Position numbers and translations under genes: made by a program. This document shows, in pieces, positions 63,623-64,000 of a stretch of 64,000 bases of DNA (position 1 is the stretch's first letter; the number at the start of each line of letters is the position of its first letter). The notes under the pieces were generated by a model that was not told the DNA's origin, made no database searches, and was given only the letters and a program-made list of their open reading frames with translations. This DNA is from Tubulanus polymorphus (Eukaryota; Animalia; Nemertea), in the NCBI RefSeq assembly GCF_964204645.1, contig NC_134030.1, forward strand, positions 2,029,355 through 2,093,354, written 5' to 3'.

Positions 63623-64000
63623 GTTTTTATTCGCCGGTGAAGCAGCGGATATTTTACAGTACTCAGATATCGGAACGCCTAAAATGCGGTGGACGATATC
63701 GGCACAATTAGCGAAAACACGCAATCGGCCTCGACACAAACTGGCAGTAGTCTATCCTTGATTGCCAGAGTCGATTCCCGTTAGTGTATGAAAAATCCGC
63801 TACTGTTGAGCATAGCGGCAGCACCGAACGGTATACTGAGCAGCACGTCGATTTCGCAGTATCACCGGGTTCGAGCCCAGAACATCCCTCTACATCTTCT
63901 ATTCTGCATCGGTACTACTCTGAATCAGTATCAGTAATTACTGGGTTCGAACCCGGGACACCCCTGTACATCCTCTATTCAGCATCAGAACATCTGAATC
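63623..64000 (-). repeat. Direct duplicate of the translin upstream region (18468-18845), running off the window end
   Basis: 378 bp colinear, no indels, 15 substitutions by manual count (~96%), offset 45155. Confidence 0.95.

Overview
Eukaryotic (AT-rich, intron-containing, invertebrate-like) genomic DNA; nothing here is prokaryotic. The left 18.5 kb holds three genes. They are the last seven exons of alkylglycerol monooxygenase (AGMO, +), a large single-exon low-complexity ORF of unknown family (-, about 896 aa from the likely ATG), and a complete six-exon translin gene (TSN, -, 249 aa). The remaining ~45 kb is almost entirely built from tandem repeats. It contains a 20-kb compound satellite (155-162-bp A monomers and 153-bp B monomers in ~6-kb higher-order repeats), several hairpin-containing minisatellites, a ~2.4-2.8-kb GA-rich triplication and a ~1.2-1.3-kb quadruplication. 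This block is bracketed by two ~96% identical direct copies of the translin promoter/5'UTR (18468-18845 and 63623-64000). Both ends of the block carry amplified exons with intact minus-strand GT-AG splice sites but broken reading frames, and there is a CCAAT/CRE/YY1 promoter at ~60.7 kb. The best candidate for something undescribed is therefore a spliced, repeat-built non-coding or pseudogene transcription unit that runs through the satellites toward translin; this is an inference and needs RNA data. Coordinates of repeat edges are approximate and were counted by hand.
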